Positions 21,575-31,071 of a stretch of 47,165 nt of DNA are shown piece after piece. The notes under the pieces were generated by a model. That model worked only from the letters and a program-made list of their open reading frames with translations. It was not told the origin of the DNA and made no database searches. This DNA is from an uncultured Bacilli bacterium (GTDB taxonomy: Bacteria > Bacillota_I > Bacilli_A > RF39 > UBA660). Position 1 is the first letter of the stretch. Every line of letters starts with the position of its first letter. Made by a program: the position numbers and the translations under genes. The stretch lies in contig CALVSK010000003.1 in the NCBI GenBank assembly GCA_944359015.1, positions 1 to 47,165 of the forward strand, written 5' to 3'.

Positions 21575-21721
21575 TTAATTAAATATTAAACTTCTTAAAT
21601 TTCGACCTATTGTTCGACCTACTTCAAAAATAAATTCACCAATTCTAGCAACAGCATTTAAAAATGTCGCTGTTATTGCTCCACCTAAAACCAGTGATAA
21701 TTCTCGATTATTTAATTTCAT
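21575..21721 (-). CDS. Double-glycine leader peptide D (MKLNNRELSLVLGG|AITATFLNAVARIGEFIFEVGRTIGRNLRSLIFN), putative class IIb bacteriocin component
   Basis: Translated by hand; AAGGGGGG RBS; L..xEL..V.GG leader; GRTIG (GxxxG). Confidence 0.85.
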   Translation of the reverse strand: MKLNNRELSLVLGGAITATFLNAVARIGEFIFEVGRTIGRNLRSLIFN

Positions 21722-21735
21722 TTTTACCCCCCTTT

Positions 21736-21858
21736 TTAACTTTTTTCAAATAATCCACAAAATATACCTATGGCAAATAGCGCTAAACCTCCTAGAACTA
21801 ACCATATTGTTTTTGCTCCGCCATTAATACTTAATAACTCTTCATTTGATAAACTCAT
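21736..21858 (-). CDS. Double-glycine leader peptide C (MSLSNEELLSINGG|AKTIWLVLGGLALFAIGIFCGLFEKS)
   Basis: Translated by hand; AAGGGGGG RBS; LSNEEL..I.GG leader; GIFCG (GxxxG). Confidence 0.85.
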   Translation of the reverse strand: MSLSNEELLSINGGAKTIWLVLGGLALFAIGIFCGLFEKS

Positions 21859-21870
21859 TTTCCCCCCTTT

Positions 21871-22017
21871 TTAAATTGGGCAAACTTTATTATTTATTAT
21901 TCTTCTAATGCTCGAGCCTAAAGAAATTCCAAAATTATATATAGCTCTACCTATTTTTAATAATGCATTTAAAAATCCACCCTTTATTTCTTTTAATTCA
22001 TAATTTGTTAAATACAT
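21871..22017 (-). CDS. Double-glycine leader peptide B (MYLTNYELKEIKGG|FLNALLKIGRAIYNFGISLGSSIRRIINNKVCPI)
   Basis: Translated by hand; AAGGAG RBS; LTN.EL..I.GG leader; GISLG (GxxxG). Confidence 0.85.
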   Translation of the reverse strand: MYLTNYELKEIKGGFLNALLKIGRAIYNFGISLGSSIRRIINNKVCPI

Positions 22018-22027
22018 ATTGCTCCTT

Positions 22028-22165
22028 TTAGTTTTGACTATAACAATATTCAGGATTTGTATAACCCTTTATGATGCCACATATTAAAATAAACGCCCCA
22101 ATCATAAAGCGATAACCCATAAATCCCCCAGTAATATTTGTCAATTCACCTTTTTTTAATTGCAT
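22028..22165 (-). CDS. Double-glycine leader peptide A (MQLKKGELTNITGG|FMGYRFMIGAFILICGIIKGYTNPEYCYSQN)
   Basis: Translated by hand; GAGGAG RBS; L...EL..I.GG leader; GIIKG (GxxxG). Confidence 0.85.
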   Translation of the reverse strand: MQLKKGELTNITGGFMGYRFMIGAFILICGIIKGYTNPEYCYSQN

Positions 22166-22175
22166 AATATTCTCC

Positions 22176-22568
22176 TCATATAAGTTTCATTAACTTCTTT
22201 AGCACTTTTTCTTTATTATAATAAATAGTAATTTTTAATATCATATTTTCTTGATACTCATCATCTATTTTTAGTCTTACTTCTTGATAGTTTATTCCTT
22301 CACCAACTAATAAATTACTTATAGAAATAATATTTAAATCATAGTAATCATTTTCAATTTTTATTTTGGTTCCATTCACAATTGTATCAGAGTAATTTAT
22401 TGGAATATTAACTATAAGATTATTATTTGATATAACTCCATAAGTATTATATACATCGTATATTTTTTTATTTAATAGCAAAGTCACAATAATAAATATT
22501 ACAATTACTACAATTACTATATTTATTGGTTTTTTATATTTTATTCGTAATAATCTATCAACACTCAT
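22176..22568 (-). CDS. Short transport-accessory (HlyD/ComB-like) membrane protein
   Basis: N-terminal TM then beta-barrel-like region ending ITIYYNKEKVL; overlaps the transporter stop; start ATG 22568 (TTG 22583 possible). Confidence 0.6.
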   Translation of the reverse strand: MSVDRLLRIKYKKPINIVIVVIVIFIIVTLLLNKKIYDVYNTYGVISNNNLIVNIPINYSDTIVNGTKIKIENDYYDLNIISISNLLVGEGINYQEVRLKIDDEYQENMILKITIYYNKEKVLKKLMKLI

Positions 22569-24606
22569 AACTATTTTCAACATTTACTATTTTATCAAAC
22601 ATGCTATCTTGTTGTTTATGAGTTATATATAAAATAGTTTTATCCCAAAAATATTCTTTTATATTTTTTATTATTTTTCTTTCTAAACTGTAATCAACTT
22701 CACTTAAAGCTTCATCAAGTATAAGGATTGAAAATTCATTTAACAAAGCTCTAGCTAAAATTATTCTTTGTTTTTCTCCCCCTGATATGTTGTTAGACTC
22801 ATCACTTATTCTTGTCTCATATCTCAACATTTTCTTCTCAACAATTTCTTCAATACAACATAACTTACATATTTGATAAAATTTTTCATCATCTATATTG
22901 CGATTAATTATTATGTTATTTCTTATGGTTTCATTTAATATCGCTTCCTTTTGATTTACATAAGTTATATTTTTTCTTATTGTTGCAATACTTAAATCTC
23001 TTATATTTACATCACCAATTAATATAGTACCTTCATAATCCGTTATATAATTATCTATAATCTTACATAAAGTTGACTTCCCACTTCCACTTTTTCCTTT
23101 TATACATATTACTTGACCACTTTTTATTTTTAAATTAAAGTTTTTAAATATATTACTAACTTTATCATACGAATAATTTAAATTAACTATATTTATGCTA
23201 TTATCAGCAATTACTTTTGCTTCTCCTAATTTTTCTTTTTCTATATTTAAAAAATCATTAATTTTAGAAAAAGTAGCTTTTAAATAATTATATTTTGGTA
23301 AACTATCTATACAATTTCTAATTGGGTCTAAAAATAAATGCAATAATGCATTAAAAGTTATTAAATGTGTAATATTTAATTCATTTTTAAAAATCAAATA
23401 AAATCCTAAAGTATTTATAATAAAAAAACCAATTTCATTTATCCATTCTTTAATAGTATTTTGAATATTTATAAAAATTTCAAATTGGTAATTATCATAT
23501 AAAAATTTACTTAAAATTTCATCGATATTTTCTAACCTTTTTTGAGTAATATTCAAATTTTTTATACTATTTATCATATTTATATTTTCGAGTAACGAAT
23601 TATTAAACTCTGCTTCATACTCTATATTCTGATATGCCTTTTTATAAATAATTTTACTACATATTAAACCTACTATAAAATATAATAATAAACATAAAAT
23701 AAGTGCCAAAAACAATTTATTATTTATTTTATACAACAAAGGCACCGATGCTATCATTAATAAAAAGTCAAGAAGACAATTAACAACTATATCAGTAAAT
23801 AAACTTTTAATACTGGATAATTCATTTACTCTTGTAATTATTTCCCCACTAGTTCTACTCGTGATAACATCTAAAGGGAGATTAAAAATATGTTTTATAA
23901 AATTTATATTTAAAATACAATCAATATTTTTATTTAAATGATTCTCTAAATATCTCCTATAATAAGCTAACATAAGTTTTAGTATAATAATTATTCCAAA
24001 AACTACTGCAATTATTTTTAAATACGAACTAAAAATATTTAAATTTATAGCCTCAATCATTACTTGAAAATAATAAGAACTACTTATAGTAAAAATCATT
24101 AAAAACAAACTAATTATAATAATTAATATAAATAATTTTTTCTCATGAAATATAGTTTTTAAAAACACAGTTAATAATGTTTGTTCACTTTTTAAAATCG
24201 TAATAACTCTACTTGGATAAAATATTAAAATAACATTAGTCCAAATTTTCTCAAACTCATCTTTATTCATCACTACTTTACCCTTTGCAGGGTCCATTAC
24301 TGTAATTTTATTTTTAGATATTTTATAAATTACCACAAAATGGTTATATCCGTTTTTTAAACTTAAATGAGCAATCGCTGGTAATATTATTTTTTCATCA
24401 TCTATCGAATCTAATTTTAAACCATACGCATCAAATCCATATTTCTTGCCGGCTTCAATTAAATTTAATGCTGTTGTTCCTTCAATAGAGGTCTTTGTAT
24501 CTAAACGGATTTTTTCTAATGGAACATAACCATTATAATATTCAATTATCGATGCCAGTGAACATACTCCACAATCTTTTAAATCCCGTTGTTTAACTAT
24601 TTTCAT
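22558..24606 (-). CDS. Peptidase C39-containing ABC exporter (PCAT, ComA/LagD-like)
   Basis: Q....DCG, HFVV, MDP catalytic triad; TM domain; GKSGSGKST, ISGGEKQR, ILDEA, ITH. Confidence 0.95.
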   Translation of the reverse strand: MKIVKQRDLKDCGVCSLASIIEYYNGYVPLEKIRLDTKTSIEGTTALNLIEAGKKYGFDAYGLKLDSIDDEKIILPAIAHLSLKNGYNHFVVIYKISKNKITVMDPAKGKVVMNKDEFEKIWTNVILIFYPSRVITILKSEQTLLTVFLKTIFHEKKLFILIIIISLFLMIFTISSSYYFQVMIEAINLNIFSSYLKIIAVVFGIIIILKLMLAYYRRYLENHLNKNIDCILNINFIKHIFNLPLDVITSRTSGEIITRVNELSSIKSLFTDIVVNCLLDFLLMIASVPLLYKINNKLFLALILCLLLYFIVGLICSKIIYKKAYQNIEYEAEFNNSLLENINMINSIKNLNITQKRLENIDEILSKFLYDNYQFEIFINIQNTIKEWINEIGFFIINTLGFYLIFKNELNITHLITFNALLHLFLDPIRNCIDSLPKYNYLKATFSKINDFLNIEKEKLGEAKVIADNSINIVNLNYSYDKVSNIFKNFNLKIKSGQVICIKGKSGSGKSTLCKIIDNYITDYEGTILIGDVNIRDLSIATIRKNITYVNQKEAILNETIRNNIIINRNIDDEKFYQICKLCCIEEIVEKKMLRYETRISDESNNISGGEKQRIILARALLNEFSILILDEALSEVDYSLERKIIKNIKEYFWDKTILYITHKQQDSMFDKIVNVENSYEC

Positions 24607-24669
24607 ATTTCTCCCTTCACATATATATTTTATATTTATATTTTTAAATTCCTTTTTATTTTTTTCAAA

Positions 24670-24703
24670 AACAAAAAATAGGTTACATTTTAATAACCTA
24701 TTT
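24670..24703 (-). terminator. Terminator downstream of tRNA-Arg
   Basis: AAATAGGTTA-N8-TAACCTATTT stem with U-rich tail. Confidence 0.75.
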
Positions 24704-24712
24704 CATTTTTTG

Positions 24713-24789
24713 TGGTGTCCTCGAAGTGATTCGAACACTCGACCTAATGCGTCGGAGGCATTCGCTCTATCCAACTGAGCTACGAGGAC
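24713..24789 (-). tRNA. tRNA-Arg(CCG), CCA encoded
   Basis: Acceptor GTCCTCG/CGAGGAC, D-loop with A20, anticodon arm AATGC-CTCCGAC-GCATT, TTCGAAT T-loop, ACCA end. Confidence 0.96.
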
Positions 24790-24797
24790 TCACAACA

Positions 24798-24826
24798 ATT
24801 TTATCATTAATTTTTTAGAATAGCAA
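24798..24826 (-). promoter_or_regulatory. Putative sigma-A promoter for tRNA-Arg overlapping the ileS stop
   Basis: TTGCTA-17 nt-TAAAAT with extended TG. Confidence 0.5.
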
Positions 24827-27800
24827 TTTTTACTTTTTCATCATTAATAATTATTTCTTCCGTAACATTTTCATCTAATTCTATATTTGTCGCTAATGTT
24901 TCGCACATTATATAATCTTTAAAATCTTCTATAGCATTTATTATTTTTTCATTACTGTTATATTTTATTATTATTCTATCTGTCAATTCTAAATTTATAT
25001 TTTTACGCATTTGTTGTACCTTAGATACAATTTCTCTTGCTATTCCTTCATTAATTAAGTCTTTATTTAACGTTGTATTTAATATTACAAAATTATTATT
25101 TTCCATTCCAACATTAAATCCTTCTTTAGAATCAATTCTTATATCAACCATATTTGAAGTAACTTCCATATTTTCTCCAAGCATTTCCAATTTTATTATT
25201 TCATTTTTTTGTAATTTCTTAATATCATCTAAGCTTAAAGTCAATAACTTTTCTTGAAACTCTTTTAAATTACTACCTAATAATTTACCAACTTCTCTAA
25301 AGTTTGGTTTTACTGTGAAATTCATATATAAAGATGTATCATCTACAAAAGTAACTTTTTTAACATTTAATTCTTCTTTAATGAGTTCTTTTAACTCTCC
25401 AATTATCATTTCATTTTTTCCATCTAATAAAATTTCTGATAATGGCTGACGTACTCTTATTTTATTTTCTTCTCTTACATATCTACCAATACTAATTAAA
25501 TCTCTTACTAAATCCATTTTTTCTTCCAATAATTCATCAATTAATACTTCATTATATTTTGGAAAATCAGCAGTATGCACAGAATAATTACTAGTTAAAT
25601 TAACATAAATTTCTTCTGATAAAAATGGTACTATCGGAGCCATTATTTTTGATAAGCCTACTAAAACTTCATAAGTTGTTTTATAAACAGACTTTTTAGA
25701 ATCATTTAATTTTGAACCCCAGAACCTATCCCGATTTCTTCTTATATACCAATTTGATAAATCTTCAGAAACAAAATCAGTTAGTGCTCTTGTTACTTTA
25801 TTTAAATCATATTCTTCATAGGCATCTGTAACATATTTTAATAATTTATTATATTTACTTAAAAGCCAACGGTCTATGTCTTCCCGCTTTTCTACAGGAA
25901 TATCACATTCATCAATATTAATTTCATCGATATTGGCATACATTGTAAAGAAATTATAAGTATTTTTTAAAGGATTAAAGAACTTTGAATGTACTTCTTT
26001 TAGACCTTCAATATCAAATTTAAGTGGTATCCATACTGCTGAAGCATAAGGTATATAAAATCTTACAGTATCTGCCCCATATTCTTTAATAGTTGTAAAA
26101 GGTTCTACAATATTACCCTTACTTTTACTCATTTTTTTACCATCTTTATCTAATAATAAATCATTAACTAAAACATTTTTATAAGGACTTACACCTTTTA
26201 CAAAGGTAGAAATGACAAGTAATGTATAAAACCAACCTCTAGTTTGGTCAATTCCTTCACAAATAAAATCTGCGGGAAATTGAGTTTCAAACAAATCATT
26301 ATTTTCAAATGGATAATGATATTGAGCAAATGGCATTGAACCAGAATCAAACCAACAATCTATAACATCTTTACAACGATTCATTGCTTTTCCACATTCT
26401 GGACATTTTAAATGGACTTCATCTACATAAGGACGATGTAAATCAATACCTTCATCAATATCTTCGATAGCCTTTGAAATTAATTCTTCTCTTGAGCCAA
26501 TCATTTCGGTATGGCCACAAGAGCAAATCCAATAAGGAAGTGGAGTTCCCCAATATCTACTTCTTGATATTGCCCAATCATTTAAATTTTCTAACCAATT
26601 ACCAAATCTTTTTTCTCCAACAAAAGATGGATACCAATTAACAGTTTTATTATTAGCAATAATTTTATCTTTCAGTTTAGTAACTTCTAAATAATAACTT
26701 GGTTTAGAATAATAAATTAAAGGACTATGGCATCTCCAACAATGCGGATAATTATGTTTTATTTTTTGTTTTTTAAATAATTTATCATTTTCCTTCAAAT
26801 AATTAATTACTTCTTTATCCGCATCAAATACTAACATCCCTCTCCAAGGGCCTTCAGTATATTTTCCATCTTCTCCAACCGGATTTAAATAAGGTAAATT
26901 ATATTTTTTACCAACACTAGCATCATCTGCCCCAAATGCTGGAGCAATATGAACAACTCCCGTTCCATCTTCTGCAGTAACATAATTATCACAAGTTACA
27001 AAGAAGCCTTTTCTATCTACTCTAAGTTCTGGTATTAATTGTTCATATTCTACATATTCTAATGTTTTACCTTTAAATGTATCCAATATTTTTACATCAT
27101 CACCTAAAACCTTTGATATTAAACTTGTTGCTAAAATAAATTTTATACCTTTAGATTCCACTAAAGAATAATCATAATCTGGATTAACACATAAAGCAAC
27201 ATTAGATATTAAAGTCCAAGGTGTTGTTGTCCAAACTAAGAAATATACATCTTCATCTTTCTTTTTAACTGGTACAATAACAGTTTCTACACTAATTTCT
27301 TCATATCCTTGAGCAACCTCATGAGAAGCTAAACCAGTTCCACATCTAGGACAATAAGGTAATATTTTTGCACCTTCATAAAAAAGTCCTTCTTCAAAAA
27401 ATTTTTTTAATATCCACCATTCAGTTTCAATATAATTATTATCATAAGTTACGTAAGGATTTTTAGTATCGATAAATTGTCCCATTTTATTAGTTAAATC
27501 AGTAAATGATTCTTCATTTTTCCGTACTGACTCACGACATTTTTGATTAAATTCTTTTATACCATATCTTTCAATATCTTTTTTACCATTAAATCCTAAT
27601 TCTTTTTCAACTTGAAGTTCAACAGGTAAACCATGAGTATCCCACCCAACTTTTCTAATTACCTTATACCCTTGCATAGTTTTATATTTACAAAAAGTAT
27701 CTTTTAAAAATTTTGATACCATATGGTGTAATCCTGGATGGCCATTTGCTGTTGCTGGTCCATCAAAAAATACAAAATATGGAGCACTATCTCTATTTTC

Positions 27801-27899
27801 AATACATTTATTCAATATATCATCTTTTAGCCATCTATCTAAAATACTTTTTTCAACCTCACAAACAGGTTTTTTACTTAAACTTTTAAATTTTTCCAT
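24807..27899 (-). CDS. ileS: Isoleucine--tRNA ligase, type 2 (IleRS2)
   Basis: DGPATANG.PGLHH, GWDTHGLPVE, WAISRSRYWGTP, EGIDQTRGWF, KMSKS, long IleRS2-type C-terminus (EGIAREIV..VQ.MRK); ATG 27899 after AGGAGG. Confidence 0.97.
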   Translation of the reverse strand: MEKFKSLSKKPVCEVEKSILDRWLKDDILNKCIENRDSAPYFVFFDGPATANGHPGLHHMVSKFLKDTFCKYKTMQGYKVIRKVGWDTHGLPVELQVEKELGFNGKKDIERYGIKEFNQKCRESVRKNEESFTDLTNKMGQFIDTKNPYVTYDNNYIETEWWILKKFFEEGLFYEGAKILPYCPRCGTGLASHEVAQGYEEISVETVIVPVKKKDEDVYFLVWTTTPWTLISNVALCVNPDYDYSLVESKGIKFILATSLISKVLGDDVKILDTFKGKTLEYVEYEQLIPELRVDRKGFFVTCDNYVTAEDGTGVVHIAPAFGADDASVGKKYNLPYLNPVGEDGKYTEGPWRGMLVFDADKEVINYLKENDKLFKKQKIKHNYPHCWRCHSPLIYYSKPSYYLEVTKLKDKIIANNKTVNWYPSFVGEKRFGNWLENLNDWAISRSRYWGTPLPYWICSCGHTEMIGSREELISKAIEDIDEGIDLHRPYVDEVHLKCPECGKAMNRCKDVIDCWFDSGSMPFAQYHYPFENNDLFETQFPADFICEGIDQTRGWFYTLLVISTFVKGVSPYKNVLVNDLLLDKDGKKMSKSKGNIVEPFTTIKEYGADTVRFYIPYASAVWIPLKFDIEGLKEVHSKFFNPLKNTYNFFTMYANIDEINIDECDIPVEKREDIDRWLLSKYNKLLKYVTDAYEEYDLNKVTRALTDFVSEDLSNWYIRRNRDRFWGSKLNDSKKSVYKTTYEVLVGLSKIMAPIVPFLSEEIYVNLTSNYSVHTADFPKYNEVLIDELLEEKMDLVRDLISIGRYVREENKIRVRQPLSEILLDGKNEMIIGELKELIKEELNVKKVTFVDDTSLYMNFTVKPNFREVGKLLGSNLKEFQEKLLTLSLDDIKKLQKNEIIKLEMLGENMEVTSNMVDIRIDSKEGFNVGMENNNFVILNTTLNKDLINEGIAREIVSKVQQMRKNINLELTDRIIIKYNSNEKIINAIEDFKDYIMCETLATNIELDENVTEEIIINDEKVKIAILKN

Positions 27900-27913
27900 A
27901 TCATTTCCTCCTA

Positions 27914-28132
27914 AACAAAAAAAGGATAGTACCAAAAGGAGTGCTATTGCACGGTACCATCCCTTATTTTACTTATTTATCTTAACGCGATTAACGAAAT
28001 AACTTACTAATATTTCAGTTATTCAATTCCCAAGTGATATATATTTTTAATTTTATTATTCTTTTCCACCATTTTAGAACTCTCTTTAAATTTTTTAAAA
28101 ATATACTTGTCTTGTTCAAAATTTCTCCTAAT
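27914..28132 (-). ncRNA. T-box riboswitch (Ile)
   Basis: AGAGA/GGTGGAA stem I apex, specifier ATC at 28036-28038 followed by A, stem II with AGTA, CGTTAA IIA/B, T-box GGGATGGTACCGTG. Confidence 0.92.
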
Positions 28133-28138
28133 GCTTTA

Positions 28139-28167
28139 ATTATAATGATTATTTATTAATAAGTCAA
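28139..28167 (-). promoter_or_regulatory. Sigma-A promoter of the T-box/ileS unit
   Basis: TTGACT-17 nt-TATAAT. Confidence 0.8.
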
Positions 28168-28174
28168 TAATTTT

Positions 28175-28807
28175 TTAATCTGTACAATAACCATCACACA
28201 AAACTAAATTAAACCCATTAAAAATTAAACCCTTTGTAATATCATAACCTATTATAGTATAATCATAACTCGAATTATAATAAAAAGTTCCTTTTTCTTG
28301 AGTTTCAATTTTTTCGTAATAAGTCTCATCATTTAAAATCGCCAACAGCTCTTCTTTCAAAATTTTTTCATCTTTTGGATTTTTAAACCTATATAATTCA
28401 CTCCAAGCAGAACCATTATTAATTGTATAAGTAGGAACTATTATTTGTCTTTGTAATTCTGCAAACTCAACAGTAACTCCCATAATTCCACTAGGATAAC
28501 TTTTTTTTGCTGTATTTATTTCTTTAAATATATTTACTAAGTAGCTAATTCCCAAAATAACTATTAATAAAGTAATTGTATTACTTATTATTAAAATATT
28601 ATTCTGCTTTTCTAAAATCTTTTTATCAACTTTTTTCTTTTTTTTCTTTTTACAACTCACTAATATAACTATAATAATTTCAAATAATATAAGCATTATC
28701 ATTATCCAAAATTTACTTTTTGTTATATTAAATGGATAATTCATAAATACCATAGTCAAACTTATTAAAACTATTATTATACATAAATTAATTATTTTAT
28801 TTTTCAT
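28175..28807 (-). CDS. Hypothetical membrane protein (3 TM)
   Basis: Three hydrophobic segments, GAGGAG RBS. Confidence 0.7.
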   Translation of the reverse strand: MKNKIINLCIIIVLISLTMVFMNYPFNITKSKFWIMIMLILFEIIIVILVSCKKKKKKKVDKKILEKQNNILIISNTITLLIVILGISYLVNIFKEINTAKKSYPSGIMGVTVEFAELQRQIIVPTYTINNGSAWSELYRFKNPKDEKILKEELLAILNDETYYEKIETQEKGTFYYNSSYDYTIIGYDITKGLIFNGFNLVLCDGYCTD

Positions 28808-28856
28808 ATATACTCCTCAATAAATATTTTAACACAAAATATTTATTTTACATAGT

Positions 28857-30236
28857 TTATAATATTTCTTCTTTAACATTAAGTTTTTGAAGCATTGGTA
28901 TATAAATATTTTCTAAAGCCTTTAAACCTACTTCACTAGTTGCTTCTGCTCTAAAAGTTATATTAGGTCCAGTATTGCTTGCTCTTACTAAAGCCCAACC
29001 ATTAGTATAAGTTATTCTTACCCCATCAATATTATTGATTGGATAATTTTTTTCTTTAGCATATTCTTCTATTTTCTTAACAACTTCAAATTTAGTTTTA
29101 TCATCACTTGGAATTTTTATTTCTGCCGTAGAATAATATACTGGGAATTCCTTTACTATTTTACTAAGTTTTTCACTCGTTTTACTCATAATTTCTAAAA
29201 ATCTTAAAGTTGCATAAATTGCACTTCCACAATCTGCATCTCTATCTCTAAAATATATATGACCAGAATATTCTGCACCAAATGAAATATTATCAGTATG
29301 AGTTTTATATTGCGTATAACTTGCACCAGTTCGATAACAAAGCGGAGTACCACCCAATAATTTTATATAATCTTCTACACTTTTGGAACATTTTATATCA
29401 TATAAAAATGTTTTATTATTTACATTATTAAACATATCCTTAATACACATAATCATAAAATATTCTATTGGCAATATTTCCCCATTATCCATGACTATAC
29501 CTAATCTATCACCATCACCATCATAAGCAACTCCAAAATCAGCTTTCTTTTGTTTTACCATTGCTTGTAACTGTTTTAAATTTTCATAATCTGATGGATC
29601 AGGATGATGATTAGGAAAATTTCCATCTAAAGTTTCATTAATATAAATCGGCGTACAAAACGTGGAATCAAAAACCTTTCTAATAATTGCACAGGTTGCT
29701 CCATTACCACAATCGATGACAATTTTTCTTTTATTTTTGCCGTATTTTATAGAATATTTTAAATATTCTACATATTTATCTACTAAATTATTATTAGTGA
29801 TTCTTCCAGTTCCATTTTTAAAAACACCTTTTTTTGTATACTCTTTAAATTCTTCAATCATTTCTCCCCTGGCATTAATCATACCATCAAAAGAAAACTT
29901 AAACCCATTTTCATCTTTAGGATTATGCGATGCAGTTACCATTATTCCTGGCAACTGATTTATATATCTAGCATAATAATTCATCGGTGTAGTTGTTAAT
30001 CGATAACTTATAATATTACAACCACTAGATATTATACCTTTCATCAAGTTTTGAGTTAACGTTTCACTAGATAACCTATTATCATGGGATACTATACACG
30101 TATCTTTGTTATATTTTTCTTGAATATATGAACCATAACTTCTTCCAATAGTATAAGCCGCTTGCTCATTTATTTCCGATGGATACTTCCCTCTTATATC
30201 ATAAGCTCTAAATATTTTTTCATCAATATTATTCAT
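28857..30236 (-). CDS. Phosphomannomutase/phosphoglucomutase
   Basis: IFRAYDIRG, TASHNP, DGDGDR, GAEYSGH, LVRASNT. Confidence 0.95.
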   Translation of the reverse strand: MNNIDEKIFRAYDIRGKYPSEINEQAAYTIGRSYGSYIQEKYNKDTCIVSHDNRLSSETLTQNLMKGIISSGCNIISYRLTTTPMNYYARYINQLPGIMVTASHNPKDENGFKFSFDGMINARGEMIEEFKEYTKKGVFKNGTGRITNNNLVDKYVEYLKYSIKYGKNKRKIVIDCGNGATCAIIRKVFDSTFCTPIYINETLDGNFPNHHPDPSDYENLKQLQAMVKQKKADFGVAYDGDGDRLGIVMDNGEILPIEYFMIMCIKDMFNNVNNKTFLYDIKCSKSVEDYIKLLGGTPLCYRTGASYTQYKTHTDNISFGAEYSGHIYFRDRDADCGSAIYATLRFLEIMSKTSEKLSKIVKEFPVYYSTAEIKIPSDDKTKFEVVKKIEEYAKEKNYPINNIDGVRITYTNGWALVRASNTGPNITFRAEATSEVGLKALENIYIPMLQKLNVKEEIL

Positions 30237-30248
30237 ATTTTCCCCTTT

Positions 30249-30986
30249 TTATCTAATTATGGCTTCAAGTGCTAATTTTATCATTTCATTTAAAGATTGT
30301 TCTCTTTCTTCAATACTTAATACTACATTTGAAAACTTTGAATCTACAACAGTTGCTAAAGTCGTTGACTGTCTATTCATCGTATTAGCAATATGAGTAA
30401 GAGCAAAAGCCTCCATTTCTTCACCTAAAATTTCATATTCTTTAGGAATTCTATTTAAAACCCTTTCATAATCAATATAAGGGCCAAAAACATCCATAGT
30501 TGTAAGCATACCTTTATGTAATCTATTTTCAAATCCTAACTCTTTAGCAACATTTACTATTTGTTCATTCAAACTATTACTTGTACTTACTACATGTTCT
30601 TTAAAATCATTATAGGTATATGCAAAATTTGATTCAGAATATATTTTATCTCCCAATAAAATTTCATTTATTTTAGCTTTTGGGCTAACAGCACCACAAG
30701 TTCCTATTCTAATAATTTTTTGAACATTGTAAAAATGAAATAATTCAAAAGCATAAATGCTCATACTAGGCATACCCATACCACTACTCATTACTGTTAC
30801 TAATACATTTTTATAATAGCCAGTGTAACCTAGCATATTTCGAACACTAGTAACTAATTTTGCATTTTCTAAAAAATTTGTCGCAATATATTTTGCTCTT
30901 AAAGGGTCTCCAGGCATTAACACAAGCGGAGCAATATCACTTCTACTTTCAGTTTTAATATGTACAGGGTCTTCACCAATAAACAT
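30249..30986 (-). CDS. deoD: Purine-nucleoside phosphorylase (DeoD type)
   Basis: VLMPGDPLRAKYIA, VRNMLGYTG, GMGMPS, IIRIGTCG, EME. Confidence 0.92.
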   Translation of the reverse strand: MFIGEDPVHIKTESRSDIAPLVLMPGDPLRAKYIATNFLENAKLVTSVRNMLGYTGYYKNVLVTVMSSGMGMPSMSIYAFELFHFYNVQKIIRIGTCGAVSPKAKINEILLGDKIYSESNFAYTYNDFKEHVVSTSNSLNEQIVNVAKELGFENRLHKGMLTTMDVFGPYIDYERVLNRIPKEYEILGEEMEAFALTHIANTMNRQSTTLATVVDSKFSNVVLSIEEREQSLNEMIKLALEAIIR

Positions 30987-31071
30987 TTTTATCACCTATC
31001 CTTATAAATATATTTTAACAAATTATTAAACAAAAACCAATATATATTTATATTATTTTGACATTTATACT

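Noticed and set aside
21601-21621. Direct repeat TTCGACCTA x2 as a regulator binding site
   Set aside because: It falls inside peptide D and simply encodes the repeated Gly-Arg in VGRTIGR.
21540-24712. Peptide/PCAT locus as an island integrated at the tRNA-Arg 3' end
   Set aside because: No integrase, no duplicated tRNA 3' fragment seen at the rpsU side, and the tRNA keeps its own terminator.
24713-24789. Possible CGG or AGG codon reassignment, as reported for some uncultured Bacilli
   Set aside because: The tRNA(CCG) has Arg identity elements (A20, A73), and in IleRS the conserved YIRRNRDRFW segment uses CGG and AGG at Arg positions.
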